A stretch of DNA of 64,000 nt from the NCBI GenBank assembly GCA_030324005.1, contig JARDVH010000137.1, positions 18,936,011-19,000,010 of the forward strand, in the 5' to 3' direction. The notes beneath the pieces are model-generated. The model did no database searches, had not been told where the DNA came from, and saw only the letters and a program-made list of their open reading frames with translations. Of the stretch, positions 11,088 to 24,800 are shown in pieces (within the stretch, counting starts at the first letter, position 1; every line of letters starts with the position of its first letter). The stretch comes from Negaprion brevirostris. Taxonomy: Eukaryota. A program made the position numbers and the translations under genes.

Positions 11088-12700
11088 GAACATAAGCAAC
11101 AGGAGCAGAAGTAGGCAATTAAGCCCCTTGAGCCTGGTCTGTCATTCAATAAATTTACGGCTGATCTTCTACTTCAACACAAGCTTTCCCGAACTATACC
11201 CATATTTCATGATATTTTTAAAAAAGAAATCTATGGATCTGTCTTGAACATATTCAATGATTTAACTTCCACAGCCTTCTGACACAGGTAATTCCAAAGG
11301 TTCACCATTCTCTAAGTGATGAAACTCCTCCTCATCGAAATCCTAAATGGCCTGCTCTTTATTCTCAGACTGTGTCCCCTGGTTCTAGATTCCCTCCTGT
11401 TGATCTTTAAGAATTTTGTATGTTTGAATGAGATAATCTCTCATTCTTCTAAACTTTAGAGAATAATGCCCAGTCTATTTAATCTTTCCTTGTAGGACAA
11501 CCTCTCTGTCCCAGGAATTGGTTTAGTGAACATTCATTGTATTTCTATGGCAAGTATATTTTTCCTTAAGTAAGGAGTCCAAAACTGCACACAATGCTCT
11601 GGGTGTGATCACATCAAGGCTCTTTTACTCCTATACTCAAATCCCCATCATAAAGACCAACATACCATTTGCCTTCTTAATTGCTTGCTGTTTCTGCATG
11701 TTAGTTTTCATGGAACACTCAGGAACAAGGAAAAGTTTATTTATTTGTCACAGTTAAAGCTTACAGTTACACTGTAATGAAGTTAGTGTGAAATTCTCCT
11801 TGTCGCCACAATCCAGCACCTATTTGAGTCAATACACCTAACCAGCACACCTTTCAGAATGTAGGAGGAAACCAGAGCGCTCGGAGAAATCCCATGCAGA
11901 TAAGGGGAGAACTTGCAAACTTCCACAGACAGTGACGCAAGCCGGGAATCAAACCCAGCCCCTTGGCGCTGTGAAGCAGCAGTGCTAACCAATGTGCTAC
12001 CACGCCGTCCCAAGTCCCTTTGAAATTCAACATCTGTCTGTCCTCATTCAAGAAATATTCTATTTCTGTTTTTCCTACCAAACCTCACACATCTCCACAT
12101 CATGTTGCATTAGCCAAGGTTTTGCCCACTCACTTAGCCTCTCCCAATCCCCTTGAGGTGCTTTTGCACCCTCCTCACAACTCTCACTTCCACCTAATTT
12201 TAAATCATCCTGGAGTTATATTTTACCTCAACATCCAAATTATTGATATAGATTGTGAATAGCTAGGGCCCAAGTACTGATCCAATACTGTACCCCACTA
12301 GTCACAGTCTGCCAAAATGAGTCATTTATCCTTACTGTCTGTTTTCTGCCCATTCTGTTCTCAATCCATGCCAGTATACTACCCAAATTCCGTGCACTCT
12401 ATTTTTGTTCACTAACCTCTTGCGTGGAACCTTATCAACAGCGTTCTGAAAATCTCAATATATCATGTGCCTTCTGGTTCTCTTCTTTCTGTTCTACTAG
12501 TATAGATAAAAAGATCCTCAAAAGACCCCAGCAGGTTTGTTAAACATGTTTACCTTTCATAAATCTATATTGAACCTACTCAATCCTACTATTATTTTCT
12601 ACCTGTTCTGATACCAAATTCTTTATTATAAATTCTGGCTTTTATCCTACGACTGATATTTGACAAATAGATCTCTAGTTCTCTGTTTCCTCTCTTCCTC
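11088..12700 (-). mobile_element. Degraded CR1-type LINE interrupted by a SINE
   Basis: 3' end aacataag..aggagcagaagtaggc..agcccc plus RT-region remnants resembling 32310-33490. Confidence 0.6.
11735..12010 (-). mobile_element. HE1-type tRNA-derived SINE
   Basis: Reverse complement reads gacggcgtggtagcacattggttagcactgctgcttcacagcgccaagggg..gggtttgattcccggcttg (A/B boxes). Confidence 0.8.
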
Positions 12701-13852
12701 TTTGTACTTTTTACATTAGTTACAGTAACTGTTATATCAAAGGAACAATTAAAAAGCTAGTGGGATTAGCTACAATTGAAAAGTTACTGAACGTAAATAA
12801 GGAAGTGATTATTAAGAGAAATCTAGAAGAAGAAGAGACCATCAGCATCTGCATTTTCCCTCTAAATCGTCAACTATCTTGACTTGGAAGTGTATTATCA
12901 TTCCTTCATTATTGCATGGTCAAAATCATGGAATTCCTTTCCTGACAATACCGTGGGTACTTTCATCACGAAAGTTTCAAGAAGGCAACTCACCACCAAC
13001 ATTTCAAAGCCAACCCTCCAGATTGGGCTGGAGTCTCCAGGAACTGAACATCAAAATCTAGGACACAACTCTGAATAGAATTGTTGAGGCATTAAAAATG
13101 ATTTTTTTTTTGCCATTTTCTTTGGACATTTCTCTTTACTAAATACAAGAATATTGAAAATTGAGGGAAAATGGTTCATTGGCTAACAGTCAAGCATCAT
13201 CCAACTGGATCGTCTTTTTGTTTTCAAATTAGTGTAGGGAGATGGTGTGTCACAGGGATGGATATGTTGACAGGTGAATAGCCAGAATGTAGGGGCAAGT
13301 ATGTGATGACAGCGCTCGGAATACATTTAATCACAGTTTGGCAAACCTATCTGTCTCAAGGGCAATTAGGGATGGACAATAAATGTCGGCTTTGGCAGTG
13401 CCACCAACATAGACCATGAATATATTGAAAAAAATCAATTGCAGTATCATATGATTAATCACTTCCTAATATGAATATTTGTTTAAAAAATATTTTGCAC
13501 TCTTCCGATCCACTACCTTATTTTTACTTATCATGTTTTTGTCACAGTTTTGTCCATTATAAATGAGTGTTCATATTTAGAATCATGCTACAATAACGCC
13601 CTCCCCCCAGTGATGGTCTATCAGCTCCTCAGCCTGCTCTTGCAAATTCAAGTGACGTGAAGAGAGTATTAGAAGTTGCATAAAACTAAAATATATTGTT
13701 TGTGGTTACTGATCCAGAAGTAGCAGTGGGAGCAATTTGAGATGGCTTAATGCCTTTGTAATAACAATGAAACTATCAGCATAGGAGTAGCACATATTGC
13801 TGAGGCAGAGAGTTGGGAGTTCAAGCACCAGCATGAACTTGAACATATAAAG

Positions 13853-14912
13853 CAGGCCTATCCAATATGCAGCCCATGGGCCAGCATCTAACCTGGCCTA
13901 TGGAAGGGAGAATGACCACCAGGGTTGGGGGAGGGGTGGTGGTGGTGGTGGGGAAGGGTTGAAGAGAGTGACTAGTAAGCAGATGGAGTAAGTATTTAAT
14001 GGTGAAGAAGAGTCTGTTTGTTCATGGAAGAGTGTGGCTGCCAACTGGGCAGAGAACGTCTGCCAGTGGGATGGTGGTCATGATGTGGATATGCCGGCGT
14101 TGGACTGGGGTAAACACAGTAAAAAGTCTGACAACACCAGGGTTTAGTCCAACCGATTTATTTGATAATAAACCCACAAGCTTTCGAGGGGTCACCCTNN
14201 NNNNNNNNNNNNNNNNNNNNNNNNNNNNNNNNNNNNNNNNNNNNNNNNNNNNNNNNNNNNNNNNNNNNNNNNNNNNNNNNNNNNNNNNNNNNNNNNNNTT
14301 TTAGTCCACCCGATTTATTAATAACAAATAAATCGGTTGGACTAAAACCTGGTGTTGTCAGACTTTTTAGTGGGATGGTGAGACAGTGGCCTGATTATGT
14401 GGTGGTGGGGGAGAGCAGCTATTGGTGCAGGGACACAAAAGTGGCTGCTGATGTGGGAGAGAGAATAAATGCTGCTGGGACAGAGCATGGCTGCTTATGA
14501 GTGAGAGTGTTTGTGTGACTGAGTGAGAGAGGTGTGCGTGTGTGTGAGTCAACGAGTTGTGTGTGTGTGTGTGTGTGTGTCTGGCTCACTTCCCGTTTCA
14601 GGGTTTGCACTCACCTTCACCCCCACACAGCAACTTACACAGTGTAAATGGGTAAGGATGAGTCAGCACCTTAAGATTGATGATGAGTCAGACAAAACAA
14701 TTTGACCCCCCTCACACTCTTAATGACTTTTTTTTGAAATTGTTTTATTTTTGCTTAGCAAGTTGCTTCTTTTCTTCATGCCTACACACTTTATTGAAAT
14801 ACATGTTTAATGTTTTGCCAAACCTTAACTTTCTGAAATTTGCTCATTGGATCCTTGAGTGAGAAAAAAAATTGAAGTGTGGCACCTTGCACAAAATGGT
14901 TGGACAAGGCTG
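13853..14912. mobile_element. Probable non-autonomous hAT-like element containing a Penelope insertion and a (GT)n tract
   Basis: Imperfect TIRs CAGGCCTATCCAA / TTGGACAAGGCTG. No convincing 8-bp TSD. Confidence 0.4.
14080..14368. mobile_element. Fold-back Penelope pseudo-LTR insertion
   Basis: Inverted arms around a gap, internal hairpin 14299-14349, 12-bp duplication agtgggatggtg at 14065-14076 and 14369-14380. Confidence 0.75.
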
Positions 14913-15379
14913 ATTCAAGATTATGTTTCAGTACCGGGCGACTCTTGCATTGCCAGAGGTGCTAGCTTTAAGATATGATACTAAAGCCTCAAAGAGACAT
15001 AGAAAATAACAGCAGGAGACCATTCAGCCCTTTGAGCCTGCTCCGCCATTCATTATGATCACAGCTATTGAGTCCAACTCAATAGCCTGATCCTTTCCTC
15101 TCCATAGAAAATAGAAGCAGGAATGTAAAAGATCCACAGCATATCTTCATTTCAGAATTAACAAAACAGATTCACTGGCCATCTCATTGTTATTTGTGGG
15201 ACCTTCGCAGACCACTGTGTTTGCCTAGATTGAAACAATTTCTATACATAAGTATTGGCTTTAGGTGTTATGAGGACACAATAGGCATTGTATAAATGCA
15301 AGTTTTTTATTTATAATTGCTATTATTCCTCAGATGTGTTGGTGTTAATTCCAGCAGTAGGTTTCATGACAACGCCACA

Positions 15380-15952
15380 GGCAAAATTTTCTCTGATATC
15401 AGCAAAGTAAGCCCACTGCAGCATTGATGGCCTTTCACATCATATAGGGCGGGACCTCATGCAAAAAGGCAGCAGGCAGGGCTTTCATGACATATCACTG
15501 GCAGGTGGCCTCTGAATCACATCAGCACTCCAAAGATCTGGGTGCCATTTTTAAAGGCCCCCATAGCACACAACATGCATACTAGGGAACAATCTTCACC
15601 CAGGTGCACCCAATAGCAGCACCCTCTGCCCCTGGAACTGCACTATGTGCACATTGCTCTCCTCAGCACACTGTTCATCAGATATACGCCTTCTAATACC
15701 AGTTGTGTATCCCGCCGCTTTGACACCACACACATTTTTTGACGTGGGGTATGATTCTGGCATATTGGCCCAGAAATGATATGCGAATATATAACCATTC
15801 GGTTCCTGACATCGAATGGTGACAAACATGTGCTGCCACTGACAGTGGGAGATGATGATCACTTCATACTCTTACATGAAACGCAACTTTGGCCATCTAG
15901 GTCTATTTTCCATTCCTACTGCCAACATGAATGGGAGCAGAAAATCCCGGCC
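15380..15952. mobile_element. MITE-like element (Harbinger-type ends)
   Basis: Ends ggcaaaattttct / agaaaatcccggcc. Shorter relatives at ~16180-16300 and 25001-25125. Confidence 0.5.
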
Positions 15953-16487
15953 TATAATCTTGGAAAAATAAGAACTGAAGTACATAAAAATGAGATTGTT
16001 TACCTAGTCAGGTCCTGTTCATTTTATACAATAGACTATGGCAGACACACAAATTTAATCTGACTTCATAAAAAAATGACTGATTTATTCCACAAAAGTG
16101 AAAAATGGGAAACATATCCACAAATAAAGAAGCATGGAAATTTCTCAAGGTTTTGGTATACACTTGCTATAAAACTCCTTGGTGGGATTTTCTGTCCACA
16201 GTTGCTCCAAAACTAGAAAATCCTGCCTGAGGTCAACGAACCTTTCCATAGTCCACCCCCCCCCGCCCATGGCTGGCAGGACGAGAAATTTGCACCCCAC
16301 CCCGTGTACAAGTTTAGCTTACAGACAAGGATCAGAAAAAGAAACAAAATTATCACCCCCTCCATTTACAGTTTCATGGACATTATAATTGTGATAATTT
16401 CTTATTGACATGCTATTTGTATCATCATATTCCTGTTGCCTTCTTAAAAGAAAGCAGAGCATTATTCTGAAAATGTATTTAATTAAG

Positions 16488-16978
16488 GTCACCACACTAT
16501 CGAAAGGACGTGAAAGCTTTGTTGAAAGTGCAAAGAAAGTTCACCAGGATGCTGTCTGGTCTTGAGATGTTAACTATGAGGACAGGTTGAATAAACTAGG
16601 ATTGTTTTCACTTGAAAGACGGTAGCTGAGGGGAGACCTGATAGAGGTCTACAAGACTATGAGAGGCAGAGACAGGGTGGAAGTATCAATTACAAGGGGG
16701 CACAGATTCAAGGTGAGAGGGGGAAAGTTTAAGGGAGATGTGTGGGGTAAGTTTTTCACGCAGAGTGGTGGGTGCCTGGAACGCGGTGCCAGGGGATGTG
16801 GTGGAAGCAGGCACATTAGCAACATTTAAGAGGCATCTGGATGTGTGCAGGAATATGGAGGAAATAGAAGATTATGGACTGACAAGGCAGACTTTTTTTA
16901 AGCTAGAGCATCATGATGGGTACAGGCTTGGACGGCGGAAGAGACTGTTCCTGTGCTGTACTTTTCTTTGTTCTTTGT
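16488..16978 (+). mobile_element. CR1/HER1 LINE 3' end
   Basis: ..RDLIEVYKTMRGRDRV..; FSRRVVGAWNAVPGDVVEAGTLATFKRHLD; ends in a ttctttgttctttgt tail. Confidence 0.8.
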
Positions 16979-19194
16979 ATTCGTCATGATGTGGTCAATG
17001 TGTTGATGTTGTGCACAAGTTTTACCAATGCTTTAGGATTTAAAGGGGAATTGCTTGCAATACAAATAGCATTTTCAAATGATAGCTTTGCTTTGCTACA
17101 AATCTAATTGAAAACACAAAGAAACCTCATATACAGCAGAGATTTGCATAGAAATGGACTTGGTTGTACATCCTGCTGAAATGTTCTACTGCAATGGTTG
17201 CAGGTCGATTAAGTTGCTGGGAAACAGGATTGCAACTCTCCCCTTTTAAACATTCGAGGAACTCTACAGGATGTTTGTATGAATGGAAGATATTAGTTTT
17301 CTGCAATAATTATTGAGACACATTATTACATGATTGGAGAAAATGATAATAATTTAGGGTTAATAGGTTCAGATTTGAATTTCAAATTGGCACTTAAAAG
17401 CTGTATAGATAACAATACATGTTAGAGTTCATATTTAGAGTAATTTCAGCTGCCAAAAATATGTTTAATGAGTTCTCCAAAATAGTTCCCAAGCTGGCTA
17501 TTTGAAATGCAACCTGTCCATGTCTTTAATTCAGAATACATTGCAGCTTGTAGTAATCAAAATCTCTTCCTTATCTTATCTCTTGTTACCAGTATCAAGG
17601 TGCTTTGAAATTTGCTCTCAGTAGTAAGTGAAAGCTATTGTGTCTCCTATTCGCACACTTTACATAAGTGAAATGATTATGACTCTCTCCTAATCTACCT
17701 GCAAATAAATCTTTTTTGATCTCTGTGCTCCCAGATGAGTCATTCCAATCACCTTCAACTATTCGCTTTGTCTACTTGGGAGCCAAGCTGCACAAAGAAA
17801 CCACAAAATAATGAAACCTTTGGAAGACTACAATGCCAATTCCAACTGTAATTGACTTTATGATTATAGTGTAATTTTTATCATTATTAACCCATCAACA
17901 TGTAGAAATGTGAAACGCTCAATAAGGCTGCTAAGAATTTTACCAACTTACCAAGTATTAGAATTGGTAACTTCTGTCTATCAATGGAAAAAAACGTTCC
18001 AGTTCTTTTTAAAATATGTTCACAAGTATGCAGTGAATATGTATTCCACAATCAGAAGGAATGGCATGTGGTTAGGAGCTCATTATCAGACATACAAAGT
18101 CTCAGTGCAATAATTTCATGGCAAAGAACCTAAGGATAGAACACATAATATGAATTCTTACCACACATATAACAGATATCTCCTCCTCCTTTCGGTACTA
18201 CGCGCTGGTACCATGGTGGATGACCATGGACTTCCATTGGATTGATCCGTTATTATGTATAGCAAAGTTTTGCAGTAGTTTACTATTGCCTTGTGCAGTA
18301 TGGCTGACCAGGAAACACTCTTACTCTCTCTGCTGCCATATTGGAAATATTTACAGGCTAGTAATCAACCTGTTTGGCATCATTATAAACACAATTTCCA
18401 TGGCCATCAAATCCAAAGTAGGATTTGAATCTGAGTTTCAGGTCCAGAGGTAGGGACACTACCCACTGTGCCACAAAACAGACATCATTGTACCCATCTT
18501 AATTTATTGCTATCCTATCTATGGAAAGAGAATGTCATTGGCAAGGCCAGCACTTATTGTCTGTTCGTAATGCTCCCGAAAAGGTGGTGAACCAGGTCAT
18601 TTAACTGTTGCAGTCACTTCCATTGCAGTCCTTGGAGGTTGTGAGAAAGCTTTAAGGCCCAGGCAGCTGAAGGCTCACTCACCAATGGGGTTGTGATTAA
18701 AACTGGAGATGCTCAAGAGCACAGGACTAGAAGAGCCCACATATCTCAAAGGATTACAGGGCTTGAGGATATTACTGAGATAGGGAGAGTGATTGACCTT
18801 TCTAACTACTGTCCATGTGAAATCTTTTGTCAGGGTTACTGCCCCCTTCCTGGTTCCTGGCAGGGGTCACAGCCCTTACTGACACTCCTGGTTGAGATTA
18901 GCAAACAGTATTACTCCATAGTGTCCTTACTACTACACTACTACATTCCTTTTCACTTGTGCCATTTGAATGCTCTTTTCCACAGTGCTATGTTCTGTTT
19001 ACTCATCCACCATGCAAACTTTGATGTCAATAGCACAAGCTGCATGCAGTAATCTTATGCCTGTTGTATGAATAAAAGCTGAGATTGTTCCAGCACTGCA
19101 CCTGGGATCCCCTTAACTGCCTAACTCAGTACACTCACCTGTCCCTGACCACTATCTAGGCTCGTATCATTTTCTAATCTTAGGAGACTGAGCA

Positions 19195-19770
19195 CTGTCA
19201 CCTGTTTCCTGGATCAAAGTATCCAGAACACAGTCCCCCTTTCTGTTGCCTGCAATGTCTGTACCTCGATCTTCCAGGTGGTAGTGTTCCCATATATCTA
19301 TTAGCCTTGTCCTTCTAGTGGGTAGCGGTCAAGGGTTCGAAAGATGCTGTCAAAGAATGCTTCGCAATTTGATGCAGTCTTTTATGTGGTGCCATGATAT
19401 CAAGGACAGTAACTCTTGTCTTGTGAATTTAGGTCTTGTCGATGTTTGCATCAAGGTTGCAGTAAGGTCTGGAGCCAAGTAGCCTTGGCAGAATTCATAC
19501 TGAGCATTGGTAAGCAAGTTATTACTGCTGTTGATAACATCTTCCATCACTTCGCTGAAGATCAAGGATAGACTGATGGGGCAATAATTGACTGGATTGG
19601 ATTTGACCTGCTTTTTGTGAACAGGACATGCCTGAGCAATTGTCTGATGAATGCCTGTGTTGTAGCTTTCCTGGAACAACTTGGCTAGGGGTACAGGTAG
19701 TTTTGGAGCACGAGCTTTCAGCACAAACTGCTGGTATGTTGATAAGCCTATAACTTTTACTGCATTCAAT
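19195..19770 (-). mobile_element. CR1-clade LINE RT fragment
   Basis: APKLPVPLAKLFQESYNTGI..PVHKKQVKSNPVNYCPISL, a LINE RT N-terminal motif. Confidence 0.75.
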
Positions 19771-20391
19771 GTCTATATTCAATCAGCTTAGCTTATGGTT
19801 GATATTAAAAAATGCACTCAACACTGTTCTGCAACCACATGGTGTCAGCAGATACTGCTTACTTTAACACAGCATTTTAAACCACATCCAAGCTACAACT
19901 ACTCACAGTAATTAGCACCCAGTCAGGCATTCACTAACAGTTGATTAAGTTACCTGCCATAGACAAGAAGTTTATTGACAAAATTGTGGTTTATCTTACA
20001 ATTTTTAAAGTTCCAAGTTAAATTTGAAAGTTCGATTAAATTTCAGTTTGATATTGTGCATCCACAATATCAAGGTTTCACTTGCACCAAATTTTACTCT
20101 GCGCCATGCACTGTTTTATGACATGTTGATTTATTTACGATGGTGCACAATATTGTCTGTATAAACTTTGATACCCATTTTAAATAACACTATCTATTAA
20201 TGACGTACTACTACTTGACAAATTATTTTTGTGTATGTTTAATAAGCAATTATGTACCAAACTTTTAAATTCTGATTTGCAATAAATAATATGCCTTTCT
20301 TGGCAAGAATTTACCCATTAGTTGACAGCACCTTTCTAACTCTTGACCTCTACCGACTAGGAGGGCAAGGCTAACAGATATATAATCATTA

Positions 20392-20706
20392 TGTGGCGAA
20401 AAACTGTAGCAGGCAATGGTGCAGAGGGACCTCGGGGTCCTTGTGCATGAGTTGCATAAACCCAGCCTTCAGGTGCAGCAGGTGGTCAGGAAGGCTAATG
20501 GGATGCTGGCCTTCATAGCGAGGGGGATTGAATANNNNNNNNNNNNNNNNNNNNNNNNNNNNNNNNNNNNNNNNNNNNNNNNNNNNNNNNNNNNNNNNNN
20601 NNNNNNNNNNNNNNNNNNNNNNNNNNNNNNNNNNTTGAATGGCGGGGCAGGCTCGAAGGGCTAGATGGCCTACTCCTGCTCCTATTTCTTATGTTCTTAT
20701 GTTCTT
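20392..20706 (+). mobile_element. CR1 LINE fragment spanning a gap
   Basis: VQRDLGVLVHE..QVVRKANGMLAFIARGIE; 3' tail ttcttatgttcttatgttct. Confidence 0.75.
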
Positions 20707-21095
20707 AAAATTTAGTAAATTAAAATTAATTTTGATAGAATCTGGTTTGTGTAAGATAGTTTGGTGAGCTGAGCAGGGCGTCAATCATCTTTAAACTAAA
20801 GTAGGAAAGTAAAATCTTAAACCTTACACAAAATGAAGTAAACATACCATCACTCAACTGGGCTACACCAAACGCAATGTAACAAATGAAAAAATAGCAA
20901 AGCACAGAATAAACTATCTTCTCATGTTTCAAAAATACAACAACAGGCCTCTGTCTATTATACAAAAAACCAAGGATAGATAGATTGACTACAGGATGAG
21001 AAAAAAACTGCCAAACAGTTGTTAAAGGAAGCCACTCAGCATCTTACATCGACTGTTTCATGACTGAAAGAACAAAACCATCATTGTATTGCAAA

Positions 21096-23161
21096 TTTAT
21101 TTAAAAAGAATCCAAAAAATGTAAATGAATGCAATCCGTTCAATCTTAAGCATCTCTCCAAAATGCACTTTTTTAAAAAAATCGGGTAATAATCTGATTT
21201 CACCAATAAAAAATTCTCTTAAAGACCATTATATTACTCAAAGATATTAACAAGCACTTCAATGTAAAACTATGATGGGGTTTTTTTGCTTTGCTATTGA
21301 CGTTTGTAACAACTTTCAAATATATAGTGATTCTAAGAAAGGAATGCTTTTTCAATGTAAAATACTCACCCTCCTACAATGTAGTTTCAACTGAAGAAAA
21401 ATGCTATCTGCCTCATGGTTACCTGCTATTTAGTTTGGAATCTACCATGGAGCCCCTTTCTGTTGACATGAAGTCTTGAAGGAAATAGATTATTACACAA
21501 ACATAGACCACTATTCTTTTTAAACCCGGGCACTGACCATTTTCAAGCTATGGCAATTCTTTCTCTCAAGTAAAATATGCAAGATATTCTTTTATTTTGA
21601 AGCCTTGTTTAGTGCAATGAATTAGGCTGAGATGCAAATGTCATCTTGGCTTTTCCAAATTCATGAAATTCACTGAATTATTCAACCCCCCAAACAATGT
21701 ACTGTTCCCAGATCTGTAAAAACATAACAGTCTTAAATGTGCGAATGCATCCTTCTGCATGGAGCAATAAATGAGTACCTTCTGCTCTCAAAGGGAAGAG
21801 AATTAACAATAATTCACTGGACACAACAGTAGGCACATTAGGAGATACAGATCGCTCCTTCAATCGGAACCGAAACAAGTGGTTTTGTCTGTGTCAAAAT
21901 AATTAGCAGATTTTACTGTCAGAGAATCAGATAGTGCGGGAGAACCTTTAAGCCCTGTGCTGCTTCTTTCTCTGAAAAAACTATCAATTTCTCCACCTTC
22001 CTTGTTCTTTACCCATTCCCTCACATATTTATTTAACTGGTCCAATTCCCTTTTGAAATTTCCATTGACATAGCTTCTCCTACTTTTCAGGCAATACATT
22101 TCACATCGTAACTTGCTTGGTAAAAAAAATTCTCATCTTCTCCATAGCTTCTTAGCTAATTATGTAATCTGTGATCTCTGGTTACTTATTATGCTTTATT
22201 TTTGAAGTAAAAGGAATTACATTTAAATAGCACTTCATTCAGTCGCCCAGAAATATCCCAAATTTAGCACATAAGTTACTTAGAAAAATAGTTAGTACAA
22301 TTGCTTCGGTGACCGTTATGGTTCTGTAGCTGATAGTTATCTAATTAAATCATGTTGTGATTCATTTCTTAAAAGATAAGATAATTCATTTCTAAAAAAC
22401 ATTCTCTCTGCTGACACTAGCATGGATTTTAATAAATAATTCCCTTATCAATTGGCAGAAGGCACTTTTAAAATAAATATTTCACACCTGAAGATAAGGA
22501 AAGCAATATCATTCATTGTTGTCAATCTTCTTGTTTTAAGAAACATTAAGTCAATGAATGTGGAAGACAAATTCCCGTTAATCTTCATCTCCTCCTGTCA
22601 TGCAATACTTTTGAGGTTCAGAAAAAATAAAATGCATAGCAATAGTTCATAAAATTGCTATAAATTAATATATCAAAAGAAAACCATCAAATACCAAAAA
22701 CTAAATCATTCTGGGAAACATCGGCGAATAGATTAAAAAAAAGAAAATCCTTTCAACTGTGCATTAGGAAAAGTAAAAACTTCTGTGGCACAGGATAGGT
22801 GAAACAATGAGAACGCTGAAGGGAGTCAACTTCGAGTTGGTGTTTTCACACATTTGTGATAATTTTCTTGATTTATGACTGTCACAGATCTCAAAGAAGG
22901 ATCATTCCCCCCGATAACCACTTCTCCCCAATACTCAAATAACAAGACTTAACTGGAACTCTGTTCAAACACAAAATATTCTGTTTCCTTCTTATTAAAT
23001 TCAATTTCAAATGATCCAAGTAATTTTGTTGAAGCATTAATCACAATCCAGTCATAAACATTTTCTTTAAAACTTTTCCCAGACTTTATCATTGGTTAAC
23101 AATAATCGCCTGTTCTTTTGTGGAGACTCTCATGGTAGGAACAGGTTCTGCTTCACTTTTT
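21096..23161 (-). other. GAA: Probable GAA copy 1 3' UTR with candidate polyadenylation signals
   Basis: AT-rich, mostly unique sequence after the stop. Minus-strand AATAAA at 22195-22200, 21591-21596 and 21096-21101 (also 19971-19976). The true end is unknown. Confidence 0.4.
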
Positions 23162-23224
23162 TCAGAACCAAGTTATTGTGAACTGTTCTCCCATTAAAAT
23201 AGACAGATTCTGCAAAGTCAGCAC
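23162..23224 (-). CDS. GAA: GAA copy 1, exon 20 (terminal)
   Basis: cag|VLTLQNLSILMGEQFTITWF-TGA, matching the GAA C-terminus LLMGEQFLVSW. Confidence 0.92.
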   Translation of the reverse strand: MLTLQNLSILMGEQFTITWF

Positions 23225-23816
23225 CTGAGAGAGAAAAAAGGGAAAATCAGATACATGACATGAACAAAACCACCAAATTTGTTTGTGATCTTGATTCTGA
23301 AACAAAGATATTTTTTGTAGATTTGATGTACAACACTATAAAACTGAATTGAATTCCTTTCAGTTAAAGAATTGAAGAAGATGAATGATGTAAATCACAC
23401 AGAACTCAGATTTACAGCCTGAACTTGCCACCTACCACCTTTCTTCACCAAGTTTGCTTATTCCAGGCAATGCAGAAACAGGGCTGCAATGCAAGTTTAG
23501 GAAGAAGAAACTGACAACGATTCTCATTCTGGACCATTGTCCATGATTCCAGCATGCATGCAGGGTGAAATCAACCCCAACAGTGATGTTCTCATCACTG
23601 TTTATTGTCTCAGCTCACCATTGACGAATGGAAATTTGTGTAAGATACCCTACTGTCTATGACACTATACAACCCAGCAAGGGTCAACTTCTTCATGAGA
23701 CAACAAATTTAAAGGAATAAGGAATTTATCCAAAACATTTCCATAACTAAAAATGTATTTTATTTGTGTTTATCAAGATGTCTAAAATGCTATTTAGACA
23801 CAGCGCGTATCCTCAC

Positions 23817-23969
23817 CTTTGTGTCTGTCCGGTAGGAGAAGTCTGAGATCCAGAATCCATTCACAGAAATTTTCTGTGGGGCAAATGGAACTCCGAAGAT
23901 AAGGACACCGCCTAGTTTAAGGCCATCTATTTGACTGTTCAGATGGATTATCTCACTGAACAGCATGTT
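23817..23969 (-). CDS. GAA: GAA copy 1, exon 19
   Basis: 153 nt, NMLFSEIIHLNSQIDGLKLGGVLIFGVPFAPQKISVNGFWISDFSYRTDTK, cag/gtgag. Confidence 0.92.
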
Positions 23970-24635
23970 CTGTGAGGGGTCAAGACAAACAGAATAGGTG
24001 CCACATAGAATCCAATGTCCTCATATTACACGTCAATTTCTCAAGCTACTGTATAAATAGAACGCATTACAATCCAAAAAAGGTACATAAACAAAACATT
24101 GCTTTGGGACTGTTTTGCGTCTTAAAATAAAGTTCATAATTCTGTAACATTTCTAATTCAAAATTAATTTAAATATACAATCCTAAAACGAAATATCTAG
24201 AAATTACATATTTAATTATAAGTTAGGGTCAATTAAGTCTCTAAGGTTGCCTTTAACATAAAGCTTTCCATTTACTTAAAACTAGTTTCCACCTTAGGAT
24301 TCCACCAATAATCTCCTATCATCAGCATTCCTATTGTAGCTGAGGGGCTTGGTTGTAAATCAAGCAGATGTTCTGGTGCTGTTGATATTCTTACATGACT
24401 GCACAAGGTGCAGAGGTATTGCTAGGCATAGTTCAGTCCCATTTCTATTGGTTGCCACATTACATTTGGTTTACACCAACAACCCTTCTTATGGATTTGA
24501 AGTTTCAGGTATTAAAAAAAGCATTAAAACTCTTTGATCATAGACTTATATGTTGTCATTTTATGTTATTCAGAGGACTGTTTCAAGTTTATATTCTGTG
24601 CAATCAATATTAATAATGAAGTGTTTGAAACTTAC

Positions 24636-24800
24636 ATTTTTGGCTAGGAAGATAATTTCAGTATAATCCCCATTTTCATAACTCAGCAGGCTGTCACCAT
24701 CATCCCAGAAGAGTTCTCCTCTAGCAATTCCCTGATCAGACAATGCGACAATCAGACCAAATGGGTTTCCTCGAGAGGCAGTAGTTGTGGTGTTGGGCTC
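24636..24800 (-). CDS. GAA: GAA copy 1, exon 18
   Basis: 165 nt, EPNTTTTASRGNPFGLIVAL..ARGELFWDDGDS..IIFLAKN, aag/gtaag. Confidence 0.93.

Larger units (their letters stand above)
6868..18113 (+). pseudogene. Unidentified decayed multi-exon gene, head-to-head with GAA copy 2
   Basis: Exon-like blocks, several with AG/GT borders: 6868-6884 (MADED, AG|gtaact); 7461-7500/7519 (in frame, RDENNIPPASTAE); ~8484-9135; 9693-9792; ~12726-12840; ~13062-13273; ~13581-13810; 15334-16149 (split by a MITE); 17037-17355; 17593-17623; 17735-17847. Frames read protein-like but carry TAA/TGA stops. Confidence 0.45.

Noticed and set aside
11960-12010. tRNA-like A/B boxes here and at other SINE heads
   Set aside because: These are heads of tRNA-derived SINEs, not complete tRNA cloverleaves
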